NCBI GenBank assembly: GCA_012295275.1 | Contig: CM022669.1 | Span: 13,268,001 to 13,332,000 of the forward strand | DNA from: Chrysomallon squamiferum | Taxonomy: Eukaryota > Animalia > Mollusca | Length of the DNA stretch: 64,000 nt | Direction: 5' to 3' | In this document: positions 42,633 through 55,498 of the stretch, piece after piece | Layout of the letters: each line of letters begins with the position of its first letter | Numbering within the stretch: position 1 is the stretch's first letter | Notes under the pieces: model-generated | Database searches by the model: none | Seen by the model: the letters and a program-made list of their open reading frames with translations, nothing else | What the model was told of the DNA's origin: nothing | Made by a program: the position numbers and the translations under genes

Positions 42633-43245
42633 ATTTATGATATTAACTGGGAAAATAATGTTAACTCATGTCTGATAATTTCCTCTTCACTGATAATTAA
42701 TTATTATACTGAAATAAATAAATAAATAACAAAATTTTATACTATAAAACAGCACTAAAAGATAATATTTATTACAGTAACGCCCCTTTGTTCGTCTACT
42801 TTGTGAAACAAATCTCTGGGAATCTTTCGCTCACAAGACAGTTTCCAGCTATCGAACGATTTTGTTTGCAATAATAATATAGATTAAATTTAATTTAAAA
42901 TTTACGAAATTACTAAATGACATTGATTGTAAAGCGAAGCATCGAGGAAAATATAAAAATAAAAGAAGTATATTACTGTGAATTATTGTGTCAATGAAAT
43001 AATGTCAATCGGTTAACTTCGTATGTTTCCGTTTAACTGACACGCTTAGATTTAACTTGCTTTTATCTTCTAGTCACATGATGACACAGAAGACTTTGAT
43101 AAATAAAACAGTGTGTTTACTTAAGGCAAAAAACTGTTTACAGTTAATTAATCAGTTTTCTACTGTTACTGGAACATAAATTAAATGGGAAACTATAAAT
43201 GAGTATTTACGGAAGTTGATCGTGCCGGTTTGTGAATTCAGTATC

Positions 43246-44652
43246 ATGAGTATGTTGTTAGTGGCGGCCCTCATAGTAAGTAACTTACGTATAACCGAAT
43301 GCATCGGAGATATCGAATCCAGTAAATATGGATTTAAATATGAAATTAAAAATTACTCAAAAATCGCAAATGATATTATAAAGCTTTCAATGTATGGCAA
43401 AGCTCAAAATCAGTCGTACGATAGGCTGGCAGCATTTGTTGATAAATTCGGAAGCAGACTGTCAGGGACCAGTGTCTTGGAACATTCCATAGATTATCTA
43501 ATGAACTCGTTACGCAATGACGGTCTAGAAAATGTGCATGGTGAACCAGTTATGGTTCCTCGCTGGGTTCGTGGGAACGAATCTGCTGTCATGTTGTCAC
43601 CAAGAATACATCAGATGTCTATATTAGGTCTTGGAAGTAGTATTGGAACGCCCCCAGGTGGTCTCACCGGTGAAGTTATTGTTGTGAAATCCTTTGACGA
43701 ATTGCATAAAAGAGCTTCAGAAGTCAAAGGAAAGATTGTTGTCTACAATCAGGACTTTATTAACTACCCGACCTCGGTGATATACAGAGAAAAGGGTGCT
43801 GTTGAAGCAGCTAGAGTTGGAGCAATTGCTTCCTTAATAAGAAGTGTGACAGATTTGTCAGTGTATAGTCCCCATACTGGAATACAGGATTATGCAAACG
43901 ATGTGCGTAAAATTCCAACAGCCTGCATCACTGTTGAAGATGCAGAAATGATGCAGAGAATGGCTAAAAGAGGAAACAAAATCATTGTCCGCTTAAAAAT
44001 GGACGCGAAAAATTTGAATCCAGTTATGTCCCGAAATACAGTAGCAGAAATCAAAGGCAGAACTCACCCTGAACAAATAGTTCTAGTCAGCGGCCACTTG
44101 GATAGCTGGGATGTCGGTCAAGGGGCTATGGATGATGGTGGAGGAGCTTTCATATCATGGCAAGCGCTTTCCTTGATTCGACAGCTGAATCTTAGACCAA
44201 GGAGAACACTAAGAGCTGTTTTCTGGACAGGAGAAGAGCAAGGTCACGTAGGAGGCAAGGCTTATTGGAACGCGCACAGTCGTGACGTCAAAAATTACGA
44301 TCTCGTTATGGAATCTGATGGAGGCACATTCACTCCTCTGGGACTGCAATTTTCGGGTAATAAGGACGCAATCGCTGTGATGAAAGAGGTTCTCAGTTTG
44401 CTTGCACCAATTAATGCAACCACGCTGGTGTTTCCGTCAGATCCCGGCGACGTTGCTGATTTTGTTGATGCAGGGGTTCCAGGCGGTAGTTTGTATAACG
44501 ATAATCGAAACTATTTCCATTTCCACCATACAAACGGTGATACCATGACTGTTCAAAATCCAATTGCTATGAACAAGGCGTCTGCTCTCTGGTCAGTAGT
44601 TGCCTATATTATTGCTGACATGGAAGAAATGTTACCAAGAGACAAAAGTTGA
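43246..44652 (+). CDS. CPQ: Carboxypeptidase Q (plasma glutamate carboxypeptidase, peptidase M28), intronless, 468 aa with signal peptide
   Basis: Single ORF; ATG at 43246 starts hydrophobic signal MSMLLVAALIVS; motifs LGLGSSIGTP, YSPHTG, KIPTACITVEDAEMM, SGHLDSWDVGQGAMDDGGG, WTGEEQG, ESDGGTF, FHHTNGDTM, ADMEEMLPR. Confidence 0.96.
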   Translation: MSMLLVAALIVSNLRITECIGDIESSKYGFKYEIKNYSKIANDIIKLSMYGKAQNQSYDRLAAFVDKFGSRLSGTSVLEHSIDYLMNSLRNDGLENVHGEPVMVPRWVRGNESAVMLSPRIHQMSILGLGSSIGTPPGGLTGEVIVVKSFDELHKRASEVKGKIVVYNQDFINYPTSVIYREKGAVEAARVGAIASLIRSVTDLSVYSPHTGIQDYANDVRKIPTACITVEDAEMMQRMAKRGNKIIVRLKMDAKNLNPVMSRNTVAEIKGRTHPEQIVLVSGHLDSWDVGQGAMDDGGGAFISWQALSLIRQLNLRPRRTLRAVFWTGEEQGHVGGKAYWNAHSRDVKNYDLVMESDGGTFTPLGLQFSGNKDAIAVMKEVLSLLAPINATTLVFPSDPGDVADFVDAGVPGGSLYNDNRNYFHFHHTNGDTMTVQNPIAMNKASALWSVVAYIIADMEEMLPRDKS

Positions 44653-44833
44653 TCAGCTGTTTTATTACTGTTACGTGCCTTCAATCACAACTATAAATTG
44701 ACTAATATAAGGACATAATATGTAAAGAAAATAACTGTTATTGTCTTACTGTAAACAAAATTATCACATGAAAATATGTGAAACCTTGCACCTGTGGATA
44801 CAATATATTTTTCATTTATTATTAATTATTAAA

Positions 44834-44871
<38 letters not shown>

Positions 44872-44892
44872 TTTTTCTTCTGCTAACTAGTT

Positions 44893-44945
<53 letters not shown>

Positions 44946-46056
44946 ATATGCATGTACAATATTTTTTTATTGATGATTACCAAAACTTCTTCCTCTCAAA
45001 AAAGTAAAGATTAATAACTGATTTTATTTGCTGAAATGCGTTTCAATTGCCTGACAAGCAAACGAGAAGGAAAACGCGTCCAGAAAAAGACGTAAATATT
45101 GTTTGCCTGTCTTTTGACTTAAATTCTATTAATTTAAAATGTATATGCCAAACGGGGCATTATTCAGGACAATATGAAATGAATTTAATTATAAGTGCAC
45201 ACGTAAGCACGTAAATACAACACACATAAAAGGCCGTAACTACACTGAGGCAAATGAGACAAATGCCTCATACCGAAATTAGCGATCTTATTATTATTAT
45301 TTTTTTTTTTATAACACATAGATTTTATTTATAAAATATAAAATATAAATCTCTATTTCGATAGAAACGATACCCAATGAATTCATTCGTTTATGTCAAT
45401 AGTTACCGTTTGAAGTCTATCGACATCGATACGACGAAAGCCATAACTGACTTCAAGACGACAGTTTTTGCATTATTTTCAAAAGTCTGCTTACGGCGAT
45501 GACATACATACATACATACACACAGGCCACACTGTAGGTCTTCCTCAGGACTAAGAGGGGGACATTTTTCCAATGGGAAGGCGTATTGGATTTTTTAAAT
45601 AATGAAAATTTATTTCGACATTAACAAATTTTTCACCGAAATTTATATGCACGTGACCTTACCAAGTAGCGGATAAACTAACCATGAGGTGGAGGAATAG
45701 TTAAAGCCGCAATCCCCCAAACCAAAAAAAAAAAAAAAAAAAACCACAACAAAAAAAACACACACAAAAAAAAAAAAAAAAAAAAAAAAAACAAACAATA
45801 ATAAAAATTAAAATTTTAAAAATCTCCAATTATTTTGTCAGAATGAAACAACTTTAATATAGGCCTAATATGTATTTTATCAACCGAATCGTAAGACATA
45901 TGATTAGAATTCACATTTTTCAGAATATGTTAACAGTTTTTAGTTACTTTATTATGTAATCACTGATGTGTAGGTTTACACGAGGACACTGGTTTTGCTC
46001 GCGAGATGAAAGCAGTATTTTTATAATATTATTATTTATATTACGAATACTTCTTC

Positions 46057-46093
<37 letters not shown>

Positions 46094-47370
46094 TATTATT
46101 ATTTACTATTTATCATTTATTATAATTATTATCATCATCATTATTATTAGTAGTAGTAAATATTAATTTGGTTATTTGAGTGAATAATATAATATTTTAC
46201 TTTCAGAAAGTAATAATACCATTAAAAGAAGATGACGATTATTTATTATTTATTAACGCTAATTACAATAATGCTAATTATTTAAATTGTATTTTGAAAT
46301 AATGAGTACTCAGTTATGGAGTAAAGAGTTCTCTACTTAGTTTTGTTGTTAATCTTATAAATAATTTTAAATTTGCTTATTAGCATTATAATTAATGACG
46401 TTAATACAACTGTTTAGATAGGCCCAATTTAATAATTTATAAACCCAATTTGGACCTCTTAGAAAAAAGTAGGTTGCAATAATAGTTCTGAAATAAAGGT
46501 TTATTTATAATATAATTTCACATCAATATGCTATTTTATAACAGAGAGCGATTTTCTATTTTAATTCCGCTGAAGTTGGATGTAAGAGCAATGTTTAAGA
46601 AAAATAAACGAAAAAGACACGTAGAATGTCTAGCATTCGAATCGCATGGCATTCTGGGCCATGAATCCAGTCTAATCTATGCAACCTCTATTATCGTGAC
46701 ACATAATGTGTTAAACCTATTCCTTGGACATATAGTATTATCGAGTTGTGTGAGTTATCTACCCTTGGGAGACCCTCAACTTTCGTAAATGGCGTTTGAT
46801 CGTTTCCGAAGCGGGTCCATTATTAAGTTTAGTCTGTATAATTTCCGTTAAAAGTTGTGGAAGTAATTGCAAAATGTGTGACAAAATTAGTGATCACACA
46901 AAACATTTGATAGCATCTGGATTTTAAACAGGTAGTGAGAAAACTTGATATTTGTAATGAAGATTTCATGGACATTTTTGAAACAATGGGGCACTTTACG
47001 GGTTAAACTATTTTATTGAATCAGTGTTGAATGGAACAATAAGTAACTTGCAACTTTTATATTTGCTCTAGTGTATTTATACTAAAATCGTCATGGAGCC
47101 TGTTTTCAATAAAAGGACAAATAACAATAGCTTATGTGAAGATATAAATTAAAGAAAATATGATTAATATATATAAACATCATCATCATTAAGTAAACAA
47201 AAAACTGAACATTATATATATGTTTTTTAACAATTATCTGATAAAAGTAAAGACATTTTTGTTTTGTGTCAATGCTTTTTATTTGTTTCATTTAATTAAT
47301 AATAATAATAATAATAATAATTAATAATATTATTATTATTTCTAATCCTTTCAGGCATCTAAGTGAGGGG

Positions 47371-50300
47371 ATGGATCCGCCTTCAGAAAACGTGGAGGAC
47401 AAAGCTCCACGTAAGCCTCCACATAACAAGGAAGCCTGGATCCAAGCCACAGATCAGCCTCCAGAAGACCCTCAACAAGAGAATGTTCATACAGTGACTG
47501 TTGGCTCAGATATTGCTGTTGTACCCAGTGACTGGCTAGAAAGAACAGCAACATCTGTTCAGAATGTTTGGCAGGCAGCTACTTCTACAGTTCAAGTATG
47601 GCCAGGTCAACATTCTCCTCACAGTCCTGGTGTTCAGCAACATGATGGCATAGACCAGTCTTCTGATGTGCTTCCTCTAGACAAACAATGGATGGGCCAT
47701 ACCAAATCTTCACCACAACCACCGATGTTGAAAAGAATATTGTCAGACCACTCAATCAGGCAGCAGTCGTCATTTCAGAATTATATGAAATCTGATGACC
47801 ATGTGAAAATGCCTTCATCTCCTGAAACTTTATATGAAAATCAAGGACAGATGATGGATTCCATTACCACAGATTGGACTGAAGGCAGCAGAGTTTTTTC
47901 TACGACAATTCCTGTTACTTATTCAACAAGCAGTCCTGTAACCTATCTATCAGCCAGCTCTGGACCTTACTCTGTAAGTTCTAGATCATATCCAGGAAGT
48001 CCTGGTCCTTACTCTTCGGTTAGTGTTTCATATTCGTCCACAAATGCAAATCCTTATCCAACAACTGAACCATCACCATTACTTTCCATGGAAAAGATAT
48101 GGTCAACTGTTCCTCAGACTGTTGGGACAATTTTCAAAAATGGCAGTTCATCTCCTCAGGTTTCTGCTTCAGACTTAGCTTACTTACAGCAAGCTGAAGC
48201 TTCACCCAGTAATCAGAATGACTGGGTTGTACCATCTTCCAGTTCTTCATACAAAGACATCCAAAACACGTTAGTGTCTGCTTTTGTTAATCCCAAGGAT
48301 GAAAATGATACAATGTGGGTTGGTCTTTCACGACATGGAATTTCCATCACTCCTGAGCAGGAACAGCTGCAAGAATATTTCAGCAGAAATGCAGTTAATG
48401 TTATTCGTGATGGAGAGAAGAAGGATGCAGGGTTGATATGGAACCAGAGTATCACAAATGAAACGAACTGTGAGGTTTATTCTGAAAGTTTGGATGGTCT
48501 GGTATCGTATGATAAAAGACCAAATGTCTATCCTCATAGTGTCAATCTGTCTCCACCAGATAAATCTGTGCATAAACACCATGGAAAAGATTCTTTAGAT
48601 GTTCAAGTGCCTGAATCCAGTAGCAAGCTAATGTCTTCAGCAGGAACTCAGACAATGTACACTCTTCCCAAAGTTCAGTACATTCATGTACATCCTCCTA
48701 AAAGTGCTGCTCAGAAAGTTGCTGGGCAGATTCTTCTTTCAACTGAAGATTTCTCGAGCAATCACAGGAATATTCCTAGTCCTAATCAAGGAGCATTTAA
48801 TCAAAATAGAGTTAATCAAACAGACCAACATGATGTTCATCATGTCACAGCTGATTCTCCACAGCCAGTTCTGGCAAGAAGTGCCAGTGATCTTAATGTA
48901 CATTTGTATCAAAATATCAGTCGGTCAAATGTCATTGAAAGAACAGACAACATGAATCAAGATAGATATCCATTAGAAAATTTTCCAAGAAAGATAGTCT
49001 CTTCAGATTCTCCAGCCAGAGAGTTTTTAATATTGGATAATGCAGTTTCAGTTCATAGTAACTGGCAGAAAGAAAATATGGAGCTAAAGGGCAGCATTAA
49101 ACAAATCCATAATGACCAACAAGAAACTGAATCTCAGGTTGGTATCTTAAAAAATGAAGAGTTGAAGACCAATCAGGATGTTGTTGATGATGATGATGAT
49201 GATGATGACGATGATGATGATGGAAGTTCTGAGTGGTCACAGTCATCAGATGAGGATCTTGATTATCTGTCTTGTGTTTGTTCCATTTGTGGAAAACAAT
49301 TGATTCATGGTGGACAAGACAAAAGTGAAATTTGTAATACATGTAAATTAGTGAGGTCAGTGGAAAAGATCACAGAGGAGAAGTTACCAAGGAGTCCAAG
49401 GACTAAGTGTAGTGCCACTACCTACAAATCAACTCTCGATGAAATCAAAGCTGAAAATAAAAGAGGCAGAAAGTCTTGCAAACCTAAAAAACTTTGGGTT
49501 CAGAGTTCAGCAGAGGAAATGTCTGTGGCAGCTGCTGCTAAAGATGAGGCTGATGATGTCAAACCTCCTCTGGCACTTGTTACACCAAAGGAAGAAAATA
49601 GTAATTTTTCTGAAGATGCGCCTTTGTCTTTTGTGAGAAATAGTGAAGAAACAGAGACTCTTCCTGCAGTAAAGAGAAAACGTGGTAGACCCAAGAAATC
49701 AGAAAGTAAAGGGAAAATTACACTACAAAGAATACCAACAAGGCAAAGATTAAAAACAGTGGAACCTGCAGAAACAAGTAAAGATGAAGACACAAGTGAT
49801 GATGAAGGTTCCAAGAGGCCGAAGCAGGGAAAGCGTAAGAGTGTTTGGCGGTGTCGACTATGTGGTTCAACTTACGCTTTACAAAGTCAGCTTACTCACC
49901 ATCGTCAGAGTGTGTGCACCAAACGGAAATGTCCTGAGTGTGGAGTCAGGTTTGCAAACAAGAGTAAGCTTGCTAGACACATGCGAAGTCATTCAGGACT
50001 AAAGCCATTTGCATGCAATTTGTGTGGTAAATCTTATGGCGACCGTGGGAGCCTTAATGCTCATAATGCATCACACGAAGGAGCAAAACCATTTGTGTGT
50101 GAGCAGTGCGGTCGACAGTACACTCATAAAGGCAGTTTTAAGTCTCACATGAGGACTCACACAGGTGACAAACCCTTTCAGTGTGACCACTGTGGAACAC
50201 AGTTTTCTTTTCGAAGCAGTCTGTTGTGTCATATTAAAACTCATACAGGTGAGCGGCCATATACGTGTGACATCTGTGGCAAGACATTTGCTGACCGAAG

Positions 50301-50790
50301 TGTCCAGCTCCGGCACACGAGGTCACACAAGGGGGACAAACCTTACCAGTGCAAGGAGTGTGGGAAGGGCTTCACCCAGAGTGGTACATTAAAGATACAC
50401 ATGCGCAAACACACCGGTGACAAGCCTTACAGCTGTGCAATCTGCCATCAGTCCTTCATTTGTCGCAGTGACCTCAATAAACATTCTCGCTGCCACAGTG
50501 CAGATCACAAACCATCAGTGAAACGGAGCAAAGCAGCACCTCCTGCTGTTGTTCCTGTCCAGAGCCAAGAACATCTACAGATGCCAGTTCAGGTTGCATG
50601 TCAGGTGACTCCAGCCATGTCAGAGGTTATTGAATACACTCCACAGAACATGGACTACACAACAATGACTAAAATGGAAGCTACGGATTCCGTGAAGAAT
50701 TTGATTATTTTATCATCTCAGGTAGAAGAAGCTGGTGTGCAGTATGTAACTAATCAGTTGTACAGGGGGAATTACGTGACCATGATGTAA
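47371..50790 (+). CDS. C2H2 zinc-finger protein (1139 aa) with AT-hook, poly-Asp tract, one atypical plus seven canonical fingers; single coding exon
   Basis: Long ORF; KRKRGRPKK AT-hook; fingers with TGDKP/TGERP linkers; likely 5' UTR intron 46932-47354 (CAG|GTAGTG ... cctttcag|). Confidence 0.93.
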   Translation: MDPPSENVEDKAPRKPPHNKEAWIQATDQPPEDPQQENVHTVTVGSDIAVVPSDWLERTATSVQNVWQAATSTVQVWPGQHSPHSPGVQQHDGIDQSSDVLPLDKQWMGHTKSSPQPPMLKRILSDHSIRQQSSFQNYMKSDDHVKMPSSPETLYENQGQMMDSITTDWTEGSRVFSTTIPVTYSTSSPVTYLSASSGPYSVSSRSYPGSPGPYSSVSVSYSSTNANPYPTTEPSPLLSMEKIWSTVPQTVGTIFKNGSSSPQVSASDLAYLQQAEASPSNQNDWVVPSSSSSYKDIQNTLVSAFVNPKDENDTMWVGLSRHGISITPEQEQLQEYFSRNAVNVIRDGEKKDAGLIWNQSITNETNCEVYSESLDGLVSYDKRPNVYPHSVNLSPPDKSVHKHHGKDSLDVQVPESSSKLMSSAGTQTMYTLPKVQYIHVHPPKSAAQKVAGQILLSTEDFSSNHRNIPSPNQGAFNQNRVNQTDQHDVHHVTADSPQPVLARSASDLNVHLYQNISRSNVIERTDNMNQDRYPLENFPRKIVSSDSPAREFLILDNAVSVHSNWQKENMELKGSIKQIHNDQQETESQVGILKNEELKTNQDVVDDDDDDDDDDDDGSSEWSQSSDEDLDYLSCVCSICGKQLIHGGQDKSEICNTCKLVRSVEKITEEKLPRSPRTKCSATTYKSTLDEIKAENKRGRKSCKPKKLWVQSSAEEMSVAAAAKDEADDVKPPLALVTPKEENSNFSEDAPLSFVRNSEETETLPAVKRKRGRPKKSESKGKITLQRIPTRQRLKTVEPAETSKDEDTSDDEGSKRPKQGKRKSVWRCRLCGSTYALQSQLTHHRQSVCTKRKCPECGVRFANKSKLARHMRSHSGLKPFACNLCGKSYGDRGSLNAHNASHEGAKPFVCEQCGRQYTHKGSFKSHMRTHTGDKPFQCDHCGTQFSFRSSLLCHIKTHTGERPYTCDICGKTFADRSVQLRHTRSHKGDKPYQCKECGKGFTQSGTLKIHMRKHTGDKPYSCAICHQSFICRSDLNKHSRCHSADHKPSVKRSKAAPPAVVPVQSQEHLQMPVQVACQVTPAMSEVIEYTPQNMDYTTMTKMEATDSVKNLIILSSQVEEAGVQYVTNQLYRGNYVTMM

Positions 50791-53536
50791 GCAGATTGTG
50801 CAACTGATTAATTCTATCAGCTTGACATTAAAACCACTGGTAAAACTGAAATAGTCTGGTTCTTTTTTACATTTATTACTATAATTATAATGTTTTGAAC
50901 AATAAGCAGTTTTCTTTTTGTGATTATGTTTTTTTTTTATCTTTAGTTTTATTTATTCTTGTTGTTATATTATTTACTGATTGGGTTGTATCTGATGGAA
51001 TTTTTGTTTCATAATTTGAAAGTATTTAATACATACATTTTATTTCATTACACATTTGTTATATTTTGTATTAGAAAATGATTTATACTTCTGATAATCC
51101 TAATGAATATTTATAAATTGTTAAGAATGGTGCTATTTCTTTTAATTTCTATACATGTACAAACTTGAACATTTCAAACGAAAAATGGTGATATAATATT
51201 TTTCTTCTTTCTCTCTGTTTGAACATTATTGATATTAAGTTTTGTTCTCATTATCAATACTTGATTAAAATGTAATTTTCATTAAACAAGACTATTTAAA
51301 TCTTATGTCTAATGTTTTTGGCAGCTACAGATTAATCTAAAATCATAGCTACATTAATATGTGTGTGCATGTGTGGATGGATGTGTGTGTTTGTGTGTAA
51401 AAACCTAAATGCATATTGCATATTTTATAAACTTTGTCATACTGTGGATAGAAAACTGTTAAATTTTGCACCATAAAGCATTATGGATGCATACACTTAA
51501 ACATGTTGAATTGTCTTTATGAACTGTGCAATTTGTTCAACATTTTAAACACTTTTGTTTATAAAATATAATAATCTGGTACCAAAAACTATCATTTAGT
51601 GTAAATTAAAATAATATTAAAAACAGCTGCATTTGTATTTTTTTGCATTTAAGAATTTACATTCAATAATTTAGGATAATTTGTTTAATATATTTATAAT
51701 TTATATGTAATTAAGAACTGACAATTTTAAATTTGAGCATACCTTGTTTAAACAAAATGTATTTTAGCCTTGATTGTGAATCTCGGGAAAAGGGTGTTTT
51801 TGGTGGGTTTTTTTTAATTTCCTTATTCCTACTTGGTTTGTTATAGATTATGCATTTTTAAATATGCAGTTGTAGTCACATGCGTACATACACACTCAAA
51901 TATAGATACAAATACAGATTATATATATATATATATATAATTTTGATGATTAAAATGATAATTCATTTTACATTCTGGGCAGATGCATCCCAGAATAAGT
52001 TTATCTTTTTTATAATTTTTTTTTTTTTTCACATCCGAGGATAAAGTGCCAGTGTGTGTGTGTGTGTGTTGGTGTATGTCTGTGTGTGTGTGTGTGTGTG
52101 TGTGTTGGTGTATGTATGTGTGTGTGTGTGTGTGTGTGTGCTTGTGTGTATGTGTGTGTTTGTGTGTCTGTGTGTGTGTTCTTGTGTTTGTATTGTTTAC
52201 ATTACCAGAGACTTAAAAATTACTTACATATATAATTACAAGAAATGAACATAATGAAATTATATTCCCCTTTGTACAGCATTATATAAATAAATTATTA
52301 AGCTACAAAATATTTAAAACATAGTTTCAATAAATGTTTTTTTTTTTAAGAATAAATATTGTCATTATTATTACTATTATTATTATTATCATCGTCATTA
52401 TGATTATTATTATTAGTAGTATTAATTAATGTTCATTATCTTTTGGCAATATTTGAGTTAATTCACAAAAATTGTCAGATAAATACATTTATACATTTAT
52501 TACTATTATTTCTTGTTTTTTTTTTAAATTAAAAATGTGTTGACTAAGATGCATGTTTAATATTGGAAGTCAGTAGTGTTTGATCATATTGAAGAGAATT
52601 ACATAAAGTCAAACATTATATAGTTTTTGTTTTTGGTGTTGTTGGAGAGTTAAGCTGTTTGTAGAGGAGCTTTATCCTGACCGAGATTAGTTGGAGATAA
52701 ATTGTGAAAAGTAAGATTACACAGTTGTTCTTCTAATTTGCTAAGCAAATTATTTTCTACAGGTTTTGTTGACTGTGGATTCTGTTATGGTTCACTAGTC
52801 TGAACAACCAAAGAATTCAATGCAATAAACATTAACTGGAAATACAATATTTTTAATTTAAAAAAAAAAAAAGATCACTTGATCACTTGCATCAAATTCT
52901 GATATTGATGTAATATGTCATTTAATGGTATGAAAAAACGCTTCCAACTTTTCATTTCTGTTTAGTGGTTTCAAATCCTCAAGAAGTAAGGATAACTTAT
53001 TATTTAAGCACAAAATATGAAAAAGATTGCACTGAAAGCATATCATTGCTATATGTATTTGCATAATTGCACATACACACGCATGCATACACAAAGTAAC
53101 AAGCAAAATAATTATTATGTAGATGATTTTAAATGAAAATGTCACAAACCATAAACATTACTGTCGATCTCATAAATAATGAAATGTGCCTTTATAATAT
53201 AAAATTTGTATGTTGTTTGGTTACCATAGCAATTAAAACCTAGTGGGATTCTGGAGAGACTGCCATGTTTAAATTCAAAGTAAAATAAAATTTTGACTTT
53301 CATGGCAGTAGGAATAATTTTTAAATTTTTAATTTTTTACTTTGTAGATTCTGCTCATTTGTAAGCCATCCACTTCTCATCTTAATGTCTTAACTGCATA
53401 ATGTTAATTTTTTGTTGTGAATTTTTATTCTTGTAAAGCTTAGTTTTACCTGTTAAAGACAAAATTCCACATCATTATTTTAAGTCATCTTATTAAGTAG
53501 TTCATACATTTTTTTAAATCTCAACTGGTTAAAATA

Positions 53537-53573
<37 letters not shown>

Positions 53574-55215
53574 AAGGTCAAAATTCCCTTTTATCATAAA
53601 ATGACGAATAATTTAAAGACAAAAACACAAACATCCTTAAATCCCCATATTCATATCATAAAGAAAATTAGCCTTCAACATTTTGTTTTTGAATACATTT
53701 AACATAATTTGATATAGTTTTTAAAATATATTCAAATTATTTTTAGTTTTTAAATAACTGGTTTAGAATGTTGAACAGATTGTTATGAATATTAACTATA
53801 ATATCCATATCATCCTATTAAGCTGTTCTGTTATAAGATGAAGTATTCCAGTGAAGCAAATAGTAGCTTTAAAACTTGTGTTTTAAAGTAAGTATATATC
53901 ATTTAAAGATCTATCACTGACAATGCCTCACATGTTGGCAATGTTCATTTTTCATACAAGCATTATTTATGTATATTTTTATGTACTGGCAATTTGTACA
54001 TAGTTAATCTCATGTGTTAAAATAAATTTAATTGTTTAGAATACATTTTTGATAATAAACTACAAATATATTACCTCTGTTTTTTTTTCTTTTTTATTAC
54101 ATATCTCACAGAATGCTCATAAAGAATTTGTTACAGGCGTTCTAAATTAAAAACAGATGAATGAATATTGCATATGAATTATGGTGAAGTTCTTTCATAC
54201 ATTTCTCAAGTCAGTTTAATCTATTTTTTAAAGTTTTAGCTAATAAATGTATCTTGGTGAATGGTTTTTGAATACTTATTTGGAACTCATTAAATAAATT
54301 TGTCAATTTATTTTATTTTTTATTCTACAAGTTTGGAACTGGCAATAATAATCGTTATTTCAGTTTAATCTTAATACAGTTTCAAACAAAATGTTAACTC
54401 ATAAACTTTAGTACAGTTTTGGAACTGGATATAAACAACAAGGAATACAGTGTATAATAAAATACTATTATGAGATAATAAAACAAAGAAATACAACAAT
54501 TATAATTTATTTTCTACACAATCAATGTGAACAATATATGCACATCAAACACTAATACAAAAATGTGTGGGTGTGATGCCTTCATTGATGCTATGCAAAC
54601 TTTCTTTTTCTTCTTTTTTTCCCTGCTCTCTTACACATCTTAAATGACATTCCAGGTATTACCTGTTATCAGCATCTCTCGAAAAACTGCTTAGTCCATC
54701 CCTGTGTCATATTTTTTCTTCACAATTTAGGAGAGGCAAACATTATCAGCAATTATTAGTGTGAAAAAGAGTTATCTTAATTAAATGGCTACTGAATGTG
54801 CAAGAACATGAAAATTTAAAAATAAAACCATATATAGCATGTATACACAACATAAATCTGAATAAAAATGTTTACAAAAATTGTGGTTTTTGAACAATAA
54901 ATAAATAAATAAATAAATAAATGTAAATACTTGAAGATTACAAAACATTTGTGTTGGTGGCTAAGAAAAACTCAAAATTATCAACATTATCTAGATAAAT
55001 TAATTAATTAAAAAAAGTAGTTTTTAATACAAATTTCTGTAATTTTCCCCAATATATTTATTATTCAGTATCATTCCAACTGTTTATTCATTTTATTACA
55101 TACATTTACATATTTCTGTATTAATTCCTGATTCAATTTTGAGTTAGTGAGGCAGTGTGTGTGTGCAACAAGGCAAGTACTAATGAACACATTCAATTAT
55201 TATTAGTAATATTAC

Positions 55216-55498
55216 AACCTTCAAAATATAAAGTTACAGAGCAATTGTGTGCAGATTTTGAGTCCGATATTACTATATTTCTGTATCAGAATAGCACTAT
55301 CATTACTGAAAGGAGAAATGGTTAAAAACTTTTAGCTGAAATAGATAATCTAAAATAACCTTCAAAATATAAAGTTACAAAGCAATTGTGTGCATATTTT
55401 GAGTCTGATATTACTATATTTCTGTATCAGAATAGCACTATCATTACTGAAAGGAGAAATGGTTAAAAACTTTTAGCTGAAATAGATAATCTAAAATA
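55216..55498. repeat. Near-perfect 141-bp tandem duplication
   Basis: aaccttcaaaatataaagttac...gataatctaaaata starts at 55216 and 55357. Confidence 0.95.

Noticed and set aside
43216-43245. TTG start for CPQ in the ORF track, and bacterial origin of the intronless gene
   Set aside because: Eukaryotic ATG at 43246 starts the signal peptide; protein is closely similar to animal CPQ along its length
47351-50392. Short antisense and alternative-frame ORFs inside the zinc-finger gene
   Set aside because: Shadows of a long GC-richer coding exon with no recognisable motifs
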